Source: Candidatus Hermodarchaeota archaeon (GTDB taxonomy: Archaea; Asgardarchaeota; Heimdallarchaeia; Hodarchaeales; Hodarchaeaceae). Taken from it: 32,000 nt of DNA. Both the position numbers and the translations under genes were made by a program. Below the pieces are notes generated by a model. The model saw only the letters and a list, made by a program, of their open reading frames with translations. It searched no databases and was not told the origin of the DNA. The stretch spans positions 90,001 through 122,000 of the forward strand of contig JBHLKY010000006.1 in assembly GCA_048886185.1 (NCBI GenBank), read 5' to 3'. Below are positions 16,689 through 26,626 of the stretch, piece after piece (the stretch's first letter is position 1; every line of letters begins with the position of its first letter).

Positions 16689-16992
16689 CTATTTCACCTT
16701 ACATTTTTCTTATTTAGCTAGATTTAATAGTTCAATTGTCTTCTAAATTCGTTATATAAAGGTTTCAATCCTACACATATAGTGATGAAAGAGATTCTCT
16801 AGTCTCCAGCTGTAGTCTCACTGAGACATATTTTTTCTTCATCAATATTTGCTTATATCTGTGTTTTACTTGTTTTAACTCAATTTTCTTATAACACATA
16901 AATATCATTTGATTCGTGAGGAAGGTGCCAAAAAAATTAGAAGTTCAACACAATTTAAACTTTATAGAATTCTCGGATCCAGAAATTAAAAA

Positions 16993-18696
16993 TTAATCAT
17001 CTGATTTGGAATTAATATGAGACACTTGTCTCACATATCCTCGTCTTCGCAATTCTTCGAGGCATTCAAGCTCTAAATTTTGGTCTCGTTTTGTTATTTC
17101 TGTAGCTGTTTCGGGAGAAAGCACTTTGGAAGTAAGTAGAGCTCTAATAGTGGGTCTCAATTTTTCTGGTAGATCTAGAATTCCTAAAGTATCAAAGGGC
17201 TGAATTTGGACATATTTGGGAGGTTCCGAACATACACAAATCTTTCTCCCAATTTCTTCTTCCAATTTATGTCTTTTAGACCGTGGATTAATTCCTAATT
17301 TAAGCAAATAGTCATGTCTAGGATTATGGGCAGTTGTAAACTCATAAAGCAATAAATCAGTGACAAAAGGGTCACTGATGTTTTTCTGAACATAATTATG
17401 GAATAAGATTTCAGGATCGCCTCTTAATAGATCCATTTCAGCCCCGTATGCAAGTATATTCTGTCGTAACTGCTCATTTACAGTCACTATATCAAAAACA
17501 TATGTTTCAAAAATTTCTTCAACATATTTCGTTGCCCCCGCAAATCCACTAGTCTTTCCAGTCTTAGAAAAAATATCTATTGCTTCTTTGAATTCTTTCT
17601 CAAATCTCGTTATATATTGAAAAAGTAATTCGGTTAAGTTATCACTCATAATCGGGCTATAAAGAATACCAATTACATGTTTCCCCTTCCTTTGAGCAAT
17701 TTTCATGTTTCCATTATCAATATAGCGTAAATCGCCGCGACGCCCAGCTGTTTCTGATACCATATGAGCTATGCTAGTTAACGCTGCTGTAATAAGGGCA
17801 GGATTTTTCATTTCATCCTCTGCCTTTCCAAAAAAGTAATAATACATAGTTGATCCTGATTCACGATCTGTAATAAATAAAGCTATAGGTGAAGCTTCTG
17901 TTCCAATAGTAATCCAATCAAACTCTTCTTTTTCTGTGAATTCTTGGAATTTTTCACTCAAATCTTGAAATGTTTCATTCACAATAGATTGTGGTGATTC
18001 TAAATAATAAACACCTTGATCAGAAAAGTCATTAAGTTCAGGAATCCACGGGATTGCATAGAAAATCGGGTGTCTGAATTTTGATTCCATTTGTGTGAGG
18101 AATTGATCGAATTTACCAAAAACTAAAGGAAATTTGACCATGTTCATGATTAATAAAGTAGGTGTGGTAAGGAAGGACAAAAAGTTTTGAATAGTAGATT
18201 TTGTTAGATTAAATGTAGGGTACTTTTCTGATGAAATAACCCAAACCATATCACTCTGTAGAATTGTAGCCATTGTAATACTGTTTTCTTCTAAGCTCAC
18301 AGGGAGAATGAACACTAAAAGATCGATGGTATCCTTGAAAAAGAGGGCGTTGACACGATATTTAGTACGTTCTCTTAAATCACTTGTTGGCAATGGACAC
18401 CCTGCAGAAGGAAGAACACGTATAAAGGATCCTTTATCCTCATCCTCGAAGATTGATAAAGATTCGCTTACAAGAATATCTTCAGATATCTCGCTTAGAA
18501 AATCTGTACTAGTAAAATTCGATTTACCATATCTAAGTAAAGTATATCTTAGTTTTTCAGTAATGGAAAAATCAACAATAAGAATACGAAGTCCAGGCTT
18601 TGAACGGGCATAAGCTAAAAGGGCATTTAATGCGATTGTTTTTTTCCCACAACTAGGGGTACGAGAATAAACACTTATGATTTTGGGAGTTACCAT
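16993..18696 (-). CDS. Degenerate MinD/ParA-like domain fused to a longin domain and a C-terminal winged helix
   Basis: aa1-255: MinD-like order of motifs (IISVYS..SCGKKT, ILIVD, SDMVWV, LIMN, AIPW, ESPQS). aa270-397: longin pattern (LFITDRESG, LITAALTSI, YITRFEKEF, F...VEEIF). About aa505-560: wHTH (LEELRRRGYV). Confidence 0.68.
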   Translation of the reverse strand: MVTPKIISVYSRTPSCGKKTIALNALLAYARSKPGLRILIVDFSITEKLRYTLLRYGKSNFTSTDFLSEISEDILVSESLSIFEDEDKGSFIRVLPSAGCPLPTSDLRERTKYRVNALFFKDTIDLLVFILPVSLEENSITMATILQSDMVWVISSEKYPTFNLTKSTIQNFLSFLTTPTLLIMNMVKFPLVFGKFDQFLTQMESKFRHPIFYAIPWIPELNDFSDQGVYYLESPQSIVNETFQDLSEKFQEFTEKEEFDWITIGTEASPIALFITDRESGSTMYYYFFGKAEDEMKNPALITAALTSIAHMVSETAGRRGDLRYIDNGNMKIAQRKGKHVIGILYSPIMSDNLTELLFQYITRFEKEFKEAIDIFSKTGKTSGFAGATKYVEEIFETYVFDIVTVNEQLRQNILAYGAEMDLLRGDPEILFHNYVQKNISDPFVTDLLLYEFTTAHNPRHDYLLKLGINPRSKRHKLEEEIGRKICVCSEPPKYVQIQPFDTLGILDLPEKLRPTIRALLTSKVLSPETATEITKRDQNLELECLEELRRRGYVRQVSHINSKSDD

Positions 18697-19019
18697 TTTT
18701 ATTTCAGCACTGAGAGTGATAAACTGGAGTCCTTTAAAGAATAAATTTAGAAAATGACTTATTCGTCAATTTATAGTTGATACTAAGGCCTGATACATAG
18801 GAAGGAGAAAGGAATTTAAGAATTTCTAGTTTATTCTTCTGAATTATCAATTCTTTATTAATAATTTGATCTTGCTAATAATATGATTTTTTCCAGTTCC
18901 CAATCAATAAACTTTTTGTTTAATATAAAAGATTATCAATTAATACCTAAATGACAAAAAGACCACTCAAAAGTATTTCAGTTGTGGCAAAAAACTCATT
19001 TATGTAAGGACTGTTTTGA

Positions 19020-19838
19020 ATGGAACAAGAGACGCAAGATCAAAATCCTAATGTCTCATTATCTTTAGATGAAGTTGGACTAACAGACTTTCAAATTCAA
19101 GTTAATATAACCCGAGGTACGAGAGTTTATCATTATCAAACGACTGTTAGTGTCGTAATTAATTTGCCACCTTCCCGAAAAGGAGCCCATCTGTCTCGAT
19201 TCGTAGAATCTATCTCGGAGATCTTGAGTAGTGAAGTCCATACTCATTATTCATTAGAAGAGATGTCAATCCACGTTTTACAGACTTTAAATGAACATCA
19301 TCCATTTGAAAAAGGATCAATGACTCTAGAGTTTATATTCTTTACAAATAGAACTACTCCAGTCTCTCAACGATCCTCAGTTGAAAATTATAATGCTCAA
19401 TTGACCACATGGTTGAACCAAGGGGATATCACACATGATTTAACTTTAGGAACGTATGGTAGTACCGCTTGCCCTCATGCACTTTCTCAAAACTCTGCAA
19501 AACGCACACATATCCAACGAGCTTATGCAGAAATCAGTTTAAAAGGCAGAACAGCAGATATTCCTGACATGGAAGATATAAGCATGATTCTTGATGAAAG
19601 TTTCTCAGCTCCGACGTTTTCTCTAATAAAAGCAAAAGATGAGCAATGGATTATCAATCATATGTGGGAACATCCATTTTTTGTTGAAGATGTGACACGA
19701 AATCTGTTACAATTTGCATTAAAGCAATTCTCAGACCGGAGGCTAGAAATTCGAGCAAAAACTATCTCTCAAGAGTCCATTCATAAGCACAATATCATAT
19801 CGAAAGGTAGTACAAAAACAGAAGGTTATGGTAAATAA
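19020..19838 (+). CDS. GTP cyclohydrolase, FolE2/MptA family
   Basis: LDEVG, KGAHLSRFVE, TACPHA, HIQRA, KAKDE, PFFVEDVTR, ESIHKHN. Confidence 0.88.
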   Translation: MEQETQDQNPNVSLSLDEVGLTDFQIQVNITRGTRVYHYQTTVSVVINLPPSRKGAHLSRFVESISEILSSEVHTHYSLEEMSIHVLQTLNEHHPFEKGSMTLEFIFFTNRTTPVSQRSSVENYNAQLTTWLNQGDITHDLTLGTYGSTACPHALSQNSAKRTHIQRAYAEISLKGRTADIPDMEDISMILDESFSAPTFSLIKAKDEQWIINHMWEHPFFVEDVTRNLLQFALKQFSDRRLEIRAKTISQESIHKHNIISKGSTKTEGYGK

Positions 19839-19889
19839 GGAGACCAACTTACACTGTTTTATAACTAGGGAAATCGTTTGAAAATTCTA

Positions 19890-21221
19890 TTAGGTCTCTC
19901 CTTTCTTCTCTCTGAAGATTCTATTCCGAAATTTCTTAGCTGCGGCAAAAATTCCAACACCACTTGCTTCGACAGCCTTTCTACCTACAGTTAAAGCAAT
20001 GTCCGTCTTACTTATTTCTCCTCTCTTAATACGTTCCATGTAATCAACGAGATCTTCATAGGGAGGAAGAAAATCAAAACGATAAATGTCAGAAGCCCAA
20101 TAACCAGATCCTCCTTGCACAATATAGAAAAATATTACTATTACAAGAATAAGAACCATAAAAATGAGAGTAATATCATGATAAACTTCAGAAAAAGAAA
20201 GATCTCCAATTAAACTTGTTATTACATCAGGTAATAATCCACTCATTAATTGAAGTTGAAAAACTTGAAATCCTAGTGCAAGACCCAAGTAAATTAACAC
20301 TACCCCTTCACCTCCAACTAGACCCACAAATCTACCAATACGAAAAGGATCTTCTTTAATTTCCTTCTTTGACGAATCTACAACGACTCCTTTCATCTTA
20401 ATTCTACGTGAAACGTTTTGGGCTGTATATACGAGTGAAAAAAGTACCATTATGTAGTTGAAACTAGTAATTATGCCTGCTGATCCGTCAATAGAACTGA
20501 TAAAGATCATGATTTGATTTGGTATACTCACTACAAAAAAGAAACCTATCACTGTATTAAACACATCATCACTTAATAAAATTCCTTGAGCCACTAGTAT
20601 AATTAAGATTGCCACAAAAACTCCAATAATCCCGAGAATCATATATGAATAGCTTGTTGGTGTTTTATTATACCCAATATAGATCATAACCAGATTCCAA
20701 ATAAGAGATAATAATGCTATTAGTGTCATTACCCCAGAAAATATTGATTTGCGATCTGTCGTCGGTTTTCCTAGGAATAGTACGCTTCCTGTGATTTTGT
20801 TGGAGAATAATCCTTTTGAAAAAGAAAAAGTAGCTATTGGAACCAATAAAGCCCAAATCAGTAGAGCAAGCAACGGGAAATAAGTAGTTACGAGATCAGA
20901 AACATTAGCTATGACAGCAAATATAGCAGCAACTAGTAAAAGAAGAAGAAAACGAAAAAATAAATTTAACCTTTTAGAAAATAAACCTGAAATGATAAAT
21001 CCAATTGCTATGCTAATTTGTAGTGCAAATATCACGTTAAGCAGATCATCGGTTATTATATCTGCAGCTTGGCTTTGAAATGCAAATGCACCAGTTGTAA
21101 TCGCTGAAGTTATAAACAAAATTATTGAAAAAAGGATAAGACGCCTTGATAATAGAATTCGTACCCCACCAAACAATGTTGTTTTTAAATAATCCCAAAA
21201 TGCCTTTTCTACATAACTCAT
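19890..21221 (-). CDS. Polytopic membrane protein of unknown function (roughly 10-11 TM segments)
   Basis: Long ORF with many hydrophobic segments and a charged cytoplasmic tail; no motif recognised. Confidence 0.8.
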   Translation of the reverse strand: MSYVEKAFWDYLKTTLFGGVRILLSRRLILFSIILFITSAITTGAFAFQSQAADIITDDLLNVIFALQISIAIGFIISGLFSKRLNLFFRFLLLLLVAAIFAVIANVSDLVTTYFPLLALLIWALLVPIATFSFSKGLFSNKITGSVLFLGKPTTDRKSIFSGVMTLIALLSLIWNLVMIYIGYNKTPTSYSYMILGIIGVFVAILIILVAQGILLSDDVFNTVIGFFFVVSIPNQIMIFISSIDGSAGIITSFNYIMVLFSLVYTAQNVSRRIKMKGVVVDSSKKEIKEDPFRIGRFVGLVGGEGVVLIYLGLALGFQVFQLQLMSGLLPDVITSLIGDLSFSEVYHDITLIFMVLILVIVIFFYIVQGGSGYWASDIYRFDFLPPYEDLVDYMERIKRGEISKTDIALTVGRKAVEASGVGIFAAAKKFRNRIFREKKGET

Positions 21222-21354
21222 TGGTTAATCCTCAATTATTCTTATTAAACAAGATAGTATTTTTTTTTATTTTAACATTTCTTGACGATCTGAATATTTA
21301 TTGTTAGATTTTATAATTTAGTAATTAATTATTAAATTCATTATGTGATTGATT

Positions 21355-21660
21355 ATGGATCTAGGTAATTTGACTGAAGAAGTAGATATGTTTATTCAGA
21401 CTCATGGAGGATATTGGAAGCCAGCTTGGCTTCTAGCAGCAATAACAGAGGAATTAGGAGAATTATCCCACGCTATACAATCTTACGAGAAAATTCGACA
21501 AATTTATAATACAAAAAAAGAAAACTCAATGAAGAAGCTAATTGAAGAGGAAAGTGGAGATATACTCTTCGCATTGATCTGTTTAACTAATTTTTATAAC
21601 ATTAATCTAGAATCTGCATTAATCAAGACATTAGGAAAGTATAGTTCGCGGGAAAGATGA
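21355..21660 (+). CDS. MazG-like nucleotide pyrophosphohydrolase (YpjD-like)
   Basis: GGYWKP, ITEELGELSHAI, EEESGDILFALICL, INLESAL. Confidence 0.88.
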   Translation: MDLGNLTEEVDMFIQTHGGYWKPAWLLAAITEELGELSHAIQSYEKIRQIYNTKKENSMKKLIEEESGDILFALICLTNFYNINLESALIKTLGKYSSRER

Positions 21661-21805
21661 TTTATTCAAAAATAAGATGTCTAGAAGTGAGTGTTTTAAG
21701 ATTAAATGAATAGAATACGAATAAAATTGCCGCAAGCTTTAATTATTTAATAAGAATCATCTTTATCCATACACAGACATAAAAATTAATTACAGATGAT
21801 TAATT

Positions 21806-23236
21806 ATGGCAAGTGCAATAAAACTAATAGCAGGTTTTTTCATTATACTAATAGGTTTCCCGATATTTATTGGTGGAAGCGCCTTATTATTAGTTGTACC
21901 GCTTTTCACGGATAGCCAAGGATATTTCATGACAAGTCCTATTCGCATCTCAGAGGAAGGATATTCCGCTATCCGTGTGGACATTCCCTTAGAAGATATT
22001 GAGATCGGAGTGCGTGTTGAGCCTTCGAGATTTGTCACACTAAGAATGGATGTTTATGGAGAGACTTCTAGTGATCAAGTTTTCTTAGGGTTGGCTGAAG
22101 ATTCTGAAGTTGATAAAGCTCTTACTTCAAATGTTTCCTATGTCAAAATAACCAACTTTGAATATTTTGCAGCTTGGGAGTTTAATAAGGATCCAGAGTA
22201 CCGAATGGAGCTAGAATTTGTAGAAAACGAGTCTACCAGAACTGTTCCACAAATAGACGATGTTACGTGGTTTAGAGATACAGGAGAAACTGGATTTTCC
22301 TTCAAATGGGCTCCAACGATTGCAGAACTAGAAAGAGGTACTCTATCATTGTTATTGATGAACGAAGATCTTGGAGAATCCAATAGCATTGATATTACTT
22401 TTAGAGTTGGTGCTAAAATACCTATAATCAATGCTATAGGATGGGTTCTAGTAGTATTTGGTGGATTATTCACCTTACTAGGCATTATTCTTGTATGGAG
22501 TGGATTACGGACAAAAAAACCACGAACAGAGCGTGTGCGTTACTACCAAGGAGCTCCTGCTACAAGAGTTGATACTGTTACTAAACCAACACCCCAGTAC
22601 CAACTGCAATGTTCTAATTGTGGTTCATTAAGTGAACCAGATAGCACTTTTTGCTCTCAATGTGGTGAGATTCTCCTTTCTGAGGATCGAAAAACTGTAG
22701 AAGAACTAAAAGTGAAAAAAGATATTGAAGTATTCGAACCTATAGGTTCTAAACTAGTTGTTGCCGAGGGATGGCCTCGTTTTTGGGCATGGTTAATTGA
22801 CATCCTGATTACTGGTGCAATCACTGGTGTCTTTAGTTCTATAATCTTCTTTGGTCTTGGTGATTGGAGCTGGTGGTCTTTCGGTTTATGGAGTCCTTTT
22901 CAATGGTTCTTTAGTTTAGGTCCCTCTTCAATTGTCTTCTTCGTATATTCAGTCATTATGGAACACTATTACGGCCAAACTTTGGGAAAGATGGCTTTAA
23001 ATCTAGAAGTCGTATCAGAGGCTACTGGTGACCGTCCTATTTTACAAGATATCATTATCTCTGCATTAGGAAAATCATTTTTCTTACCCTTAGATGTCAT
23101 TTTGGGATTAATTGCTAAAGATAAAACCCAAGTTCCAGATCTCAATCAAAGATTAACTCAGAAGTGGGCAAAAACAGTCATCATCCAACAAAGCAAAAGA
23201 AAAGAATCTACTCAATTTGTATCTGGTAGGGTTTAG
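21806..23236 (+). CDS. Membrane protein: two TM-flanked external domain plus double zinc ribbon plus RDD domain
   Basis: CSNCG...FCSQCG; RDD motifs RFWAWLIDILI, GQTLGKMALNLEVV, QRLTQKWAKTVII. Confidence 0.82.
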   Translation: MASAIKLIAGFFIILIGFPIFIGGSALLLVVPLFTDSQGYFMTSPIRISEEGYSAIRVDIPLEDIEIGVRVEPSRFVTLRMDVYGETSSDQVFLGLAEDSEVDKALTSNVSYVKITNFEYFAAWEFNKDPEYRMELEFVENESTRTVPQIDDVTWFRDTGETGFSFKWAPTIAELERGTLSLLLMNEDLGESNSIDITFRVGAKIPIINAIGWVLVVFGGLFTLLGIILVWSGLRTKKPRTERVRYYQGAPATRVDTVTKPTPQYQLQCSNCGSLSEPDSTFCSQCGEILLSEDRKTVEELKVKKDIEVFEPIGSKLVVAEGWPRFWAWLIDILITGAITGVFSSIIFFGLGDWSWWSFGLWSPFQWFFSLGPSSIVFFVYSVIMEHYYGQTLGKMALNLEVVSEATGDRPILQDIIISALGKSFFLPLDVILGLIAKDKTQVPDLNQRLTQKWAKTVIIQQSKRKESTQFVSGRV

Positions 23237-23306
23237 GAAAAAAATTATTCCTTTTTTCCTCCCTTTCATCTTTTTTTATTATTTTTCTTTTATGTTTGCT
23301 CCCCAA

Positions 23307-23777
23307 TTAACTTATTCTTATCGATTCATTTTTTAATAATTCATGCGACTCTTTTAATACTCGTTGATAATCATCGAATGTTAGTAATGAGAGTGCTTCT
23401 TCAAAAGTAGCCCAACGCCAACTGATATGTTCTGTAGAAAGATTTATTTCCTTAGAAAAGAATCTAACCAAAAAGAAAACTACTTTCTTGACTATTGTTT
23501 TTGGACCTCGTTTAGGGAAATAAATTGAGTCACTGATTAGCCTTTTTATGACCTTAAAGTTGGATTGTCCAGTCTCTTCCCGAATTTCTCGAATAGCGGT
23601 TTGTTCATAAGACTCACCTTTAGATTGACGCCCCTTGGGAAACGCCCAATAATGTAGGGGGCCACGATGTTGTACTAAAAGATAAAGAGGGGATGGATCG
23701 TTCCTATTGAAGAAAACTGGAACCCCACCACAAGAAATTTCATCAAAATGTGTCTGAGATTCCTGTTTAAGGTCCAC
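23307..23777 (-). CDS. Nudix hydrolase, Ap4A hydrolase (asymmetrical)-like
   Basis: Nudix box GRQSKGESYEQTAIREIREETG, EISCGG, WAFPKG, LSTEH; GTG start. Confidence 0.88.
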   Translation of the reverse strand: MDLKQESQTHFDEISCGGVPVFFNRNDPSPLYLLVQHRGPLHYWAFPKGRQSKGESYEQTAIREIREETGQSNFKVIKRLISDSIYFPKRGPKTIVKKVVFFLVRFFSKEINLSTEHISWRWATFEEALSLLTFDDYQRVLKESHELLKNESIRIS

Positions 23778-24001
23778 TAATTAACACTCCGTGTTATTAT
23801 TAATTTAATTGTCCATAAATTTCGTTCTCACTCATCATTTTTTAATATTTAAGAATAGCTTATGGAGAATTTGATTATCTTCTCATCACCTTTAAGTATC
23901 TCAGTAGAGAAATAATTTAAAAATCAACTTGGAGTTTTAAAAAATGAACAAAAAATTCTAATAAAATACAAAAGAATAATCTACGATCTGGAGATGAGGT
24001 T

Positions 24002-24907
24002 TTGGCAGAAAAGGATATCATAAAATTTCGTGTGATCCTTAAACAAGAGGATCCATCTACTGATATCAAGAACACTAAGGGAGTACTAATATTCCAAAAG
24101 AATAAGATTATTTTTAATCCAAATAATCTTGATCCCAACCTAAAAAGAACATACTCAATTGATGATTTAACCAAAGCCATCTTAATAACTATTCGAGAAA
24201 GATTGAAAAAAAAACAGGTTGTACTGTTAACTTTTATGAAGAATAATGTAACTGTTTCTGTCTATTTTGAGCCTATCGATATTTCATCCGAATTTCTTTT
24301 GCGAGAAATTTTGAAATTTAAAGAATATATGACAAAAGGATCTTTTTCTGGTGTTGTTGGATCATTAATTGAAAAGATTGGTTCAGAAGGCCAGAAAATT
24401 GTTCGAGAATTTGGGGCAATGATCCAATCTTCTTCTCAAGACATATCACACGCGATAGATCAAACCAGACAATTCATTAGAGAATCAACAAAGACAGCAA
24501 ACATACTAGAATCTGATGAAACTAACACTGGAATAAAAAATAAAACAATAAATTTAGAGGTATCCGATATCGATGAGATTCTCAAAAGATCTCTTGCATC
24601 CGAGAAGATTGAAGCAATGATTTCTGGTTTGATTGCTAAAGGTTTAATTTCAGCCAAGGATCAAAAATTCCAAGAAGCTTTGGATGCTTTAAAGATTGCT
24701 CGTGAAGCAGCACAAAATGAAAACATGAAAGAATATACTGAAATTGCAGACGACAGTATTAAGGAAATAGAAACTGCAGAAAACGTTGAAAACTTGGATA
24801 GAGAGAGTTTAGATAGGAGGGCGATAAAATATGCAAATGAAGCTCGGAATATTGTAGCAGATTGGGAAGCATCGAAAAACAATGAAGAAAAAGATAAATC
24901 AATGTAA
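24002..24907 (+). CDS. Hypothetical protein, possible PH-like N-terminus and TPR/MIT-like helical C-terminus
   Basis: Beta-rich aa1-100 ending in a helix; C-terminal AKGLISAKDQKFQEALDALKIA; start uncertain (TTG). Confidence 0.65.
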   Translation: MAEKDIIKFRVILKQEDPSTDIKNTKGVLIFQKNKIIFNPNNLDPNLKRTYSIDDLTKAILITIRERLKKKQVVLLTFMKNNVTVSVYFEPIDISSEFLLREILKFKEYMTKGSFSGVVGSLIEKIGSEGQKIVREFGAMIQSSSQDISHAIDQTRQFIRESTKTANILESDETNTGIKNKTINLEVSDIDEILKRSLASEKIEAMISGLIAKGLISAKDQKFQEALDALKIAREAAQNENMKEYTEIADDSIKEIETAENVENLDRESLDRRAIKYANEARNIVADWEASKNNEEKDKSM

Positions 24908-26030
24908 ATGGACACTCCTTTTGTTAATTATTATTTTAAATTCTTCTATTGCAATCTCCCAATTTATTAAGAGCTGGGGATACTCTGTACAAAATAAGAA
25001 AGATTTATCCGATAATAGATTGAGATTCAACACTACTAAAGCTTTTAGTCTTATTCAAAAGCAAGTTGATCTTGGGCCACGCTATCCAGGTTCTAAAGGA
25101 CTTGAAGAATTAAGGCAGTTGATCAAAACAGAGCTTCTTCCAACACAAAAATGGCGTATTTCATATCAGAATTTTTCAAAAAGATGGATAGATAATCAAG
25201 ATATCATACTAGTAAATATAATTTGCAGCCCTACTATTTATGATTCATCACAACCATCTTTCCTTTTAATGGCTCATTATGACACACGATTATGGGCTGA
25301 TAATGACCCAAACCCCCTAAAACAAAAAAATAATGTTTTAGGCGCAAACGATGGCGCATCAGGCGTAGCTGTGGCATTAGAGTTAGGAAGGGTGTTACTC
25401 GAATGCTATAATATCTCCAATTTCCAACTTGTCTTTTTTGACGGAGAGGATCAGGGAGGAATAAATGGATGGGGCTGGCTTATTGGATCCCGTTACTATG
25501 TTGAGTCGCAAGATTTTAAAAGCCAAAATTTATTGTTTGCTATTCTATTTGACATGGTTGCTGGTACAAATGCTACTTTTAAACGAGAGCTGTACTCTGA
25601 TCAATATGCAGGTGCACTGGTTTCAATAATCTGGAATAAAGCAGATACATTAGGATTTAATAATTATTTTGTAAATAAAACTGGAGGACGAATAATAGAT
25701 GATCATCTTCCACTAATTCAAAAAGGAATCCCCGCTATCGACATTATTGATGACTTTTCTCACCGATATAAACCTTGGCATACAAGCTTTGACAATATGA
25801 GCTTCATTGATTTACAAACTTTAGAAGCGGTGGGATATCCCCTTGAAGCAGTATTGAGACAGGGTAAAAATGTATCTGAATGGATTACGAGACTTTCAAC
25901 AGTTAATTATCAAACTTCAGTTATAATTTTCAATTTGTCGAATGGATATTTTTTATCAGTGATAATAATCTTATTTCTTAAGAGTAGGCAATTAAAACTG
26001 AAGAAATCTGAATTTTATTTGATTAAATAA
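24882..26030 (+). CDS. M28-family protein, glutaminyl-peptide cyclotransferase-like, membrane anchored
   Basis: QVDLGPRYPGS, AHYDTR, GANDGASGVAV, FDGED, GSRY, DMV, DDHLP, IDII, WHTSFD; N-terminal signal/TM segment and C-terminal hydrophobic segment. Confidence 0.85.
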   Translation: MKKKINQCKWTLLLLIIILNSSIAISQFIKSWGYSVQNKKDLSDNRLRFNTTKAFSLIQKQVDLGPRYPGSKGLEELRQLIKTELLPTQKWRISYQNFSKRWIDNQDIILVNIICSPTIYDSSQPSFLLMAHYDTRLWADNDPNPLKQKNNVLGANDGASGVAVALELGRVLLECYNISNFQLVFFDGEDQGGINGWGWLIGSRYYVESQDFKSQNLLFAILFDMVAGTNATFKRELYSDQYAGALVSIIWNKADTLGFNNYFVNKTGGRIIDDHLPLIQKGIPAIDIIDDFSHRYKPWHTSFDNMSFIDLQTLEAVGYPLEAVLRQGKNVSEWITRLSTVNYQTSVIIFNLSNGYFLSVIIILFLKSRQLKLKKSEFYLIK

Positions 26031-26141
26031 TGGAATGATCCCTATTCACAACACAGAAAAAAAATTAAAATGCGTCCAGAAAGTGATAAAGTATTTATTT
26101 TGTGCATTATTTCTCTCAAATCACAATAAGAGTTGACAAAA

Positions 26142-26606
26142 ATGGCTCCGACTAAAGAACTGAATACAGAATTAACGTTTAGAGCACTTAAAGCGGAGGA
26201 CATCGAAACTATTGTAAGAATTGATGAACAAATACTCCGTAGAAAACGATCTGGGTTATTCCATGATCAATTACATGAACAAATCGAAAAACACGGAGAG
26301 GAGAGTTTTGGTGCTTTTAATTCTGATGGAAAATTAATAGGATATCTCATTGCTGAAACGGTAGTTTACATATACGGAGAAGATGATCTCAGTGCCTGGA
26401 TTATTTTACTCGGTGTGGATCCCCAATATCAGGATAAAGGTATTGGAACAGCTTTAATTAAACAAGCAATTAGTTACTTTAGTCAAAAAGGAATCAAGAC
26501 GATTCGTACAATCTGTGCGTGGAATTGGGGTGATCTAGTCGAATTTTTCAGCTCTGTTGGATTCAATCTCTCCACTTACTTGACGTTGGAACTGAATATC
26601 GGATAA
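26142..26606 (+). CDS. GNAT family N-acetyltransferase
   Basis: FRALKAEDIETIVRID, acetyl-CoA motif LGVDPQYQDKGIGTAL, FFSSVGF. Confidence 0.9.
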   Translation: MAPTKELNTELTFRALKAEDIETIVRIDEQILRRKRSGLFHDQLHEQIEKHGEESFGAFNSDGKLIGYLIAETVVYIYGEDDLSAWIILLGVDPQYQDKGIGTALIKQAISYFSQKGIKTIRTICAWNWGDLVEFFSSVGFNLSTYLTLELNIG

Positions 26607-26626
26607 TTTCCTAGGAGTATGAAAAA

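Noticed and set aside
6849-23777. Maf, MazG-like and Nudix genes as a nucleotide-sanitisation cluster
   Set aside because: They are separated by many unrelated genes and have different orientations; all are common housekeeping families
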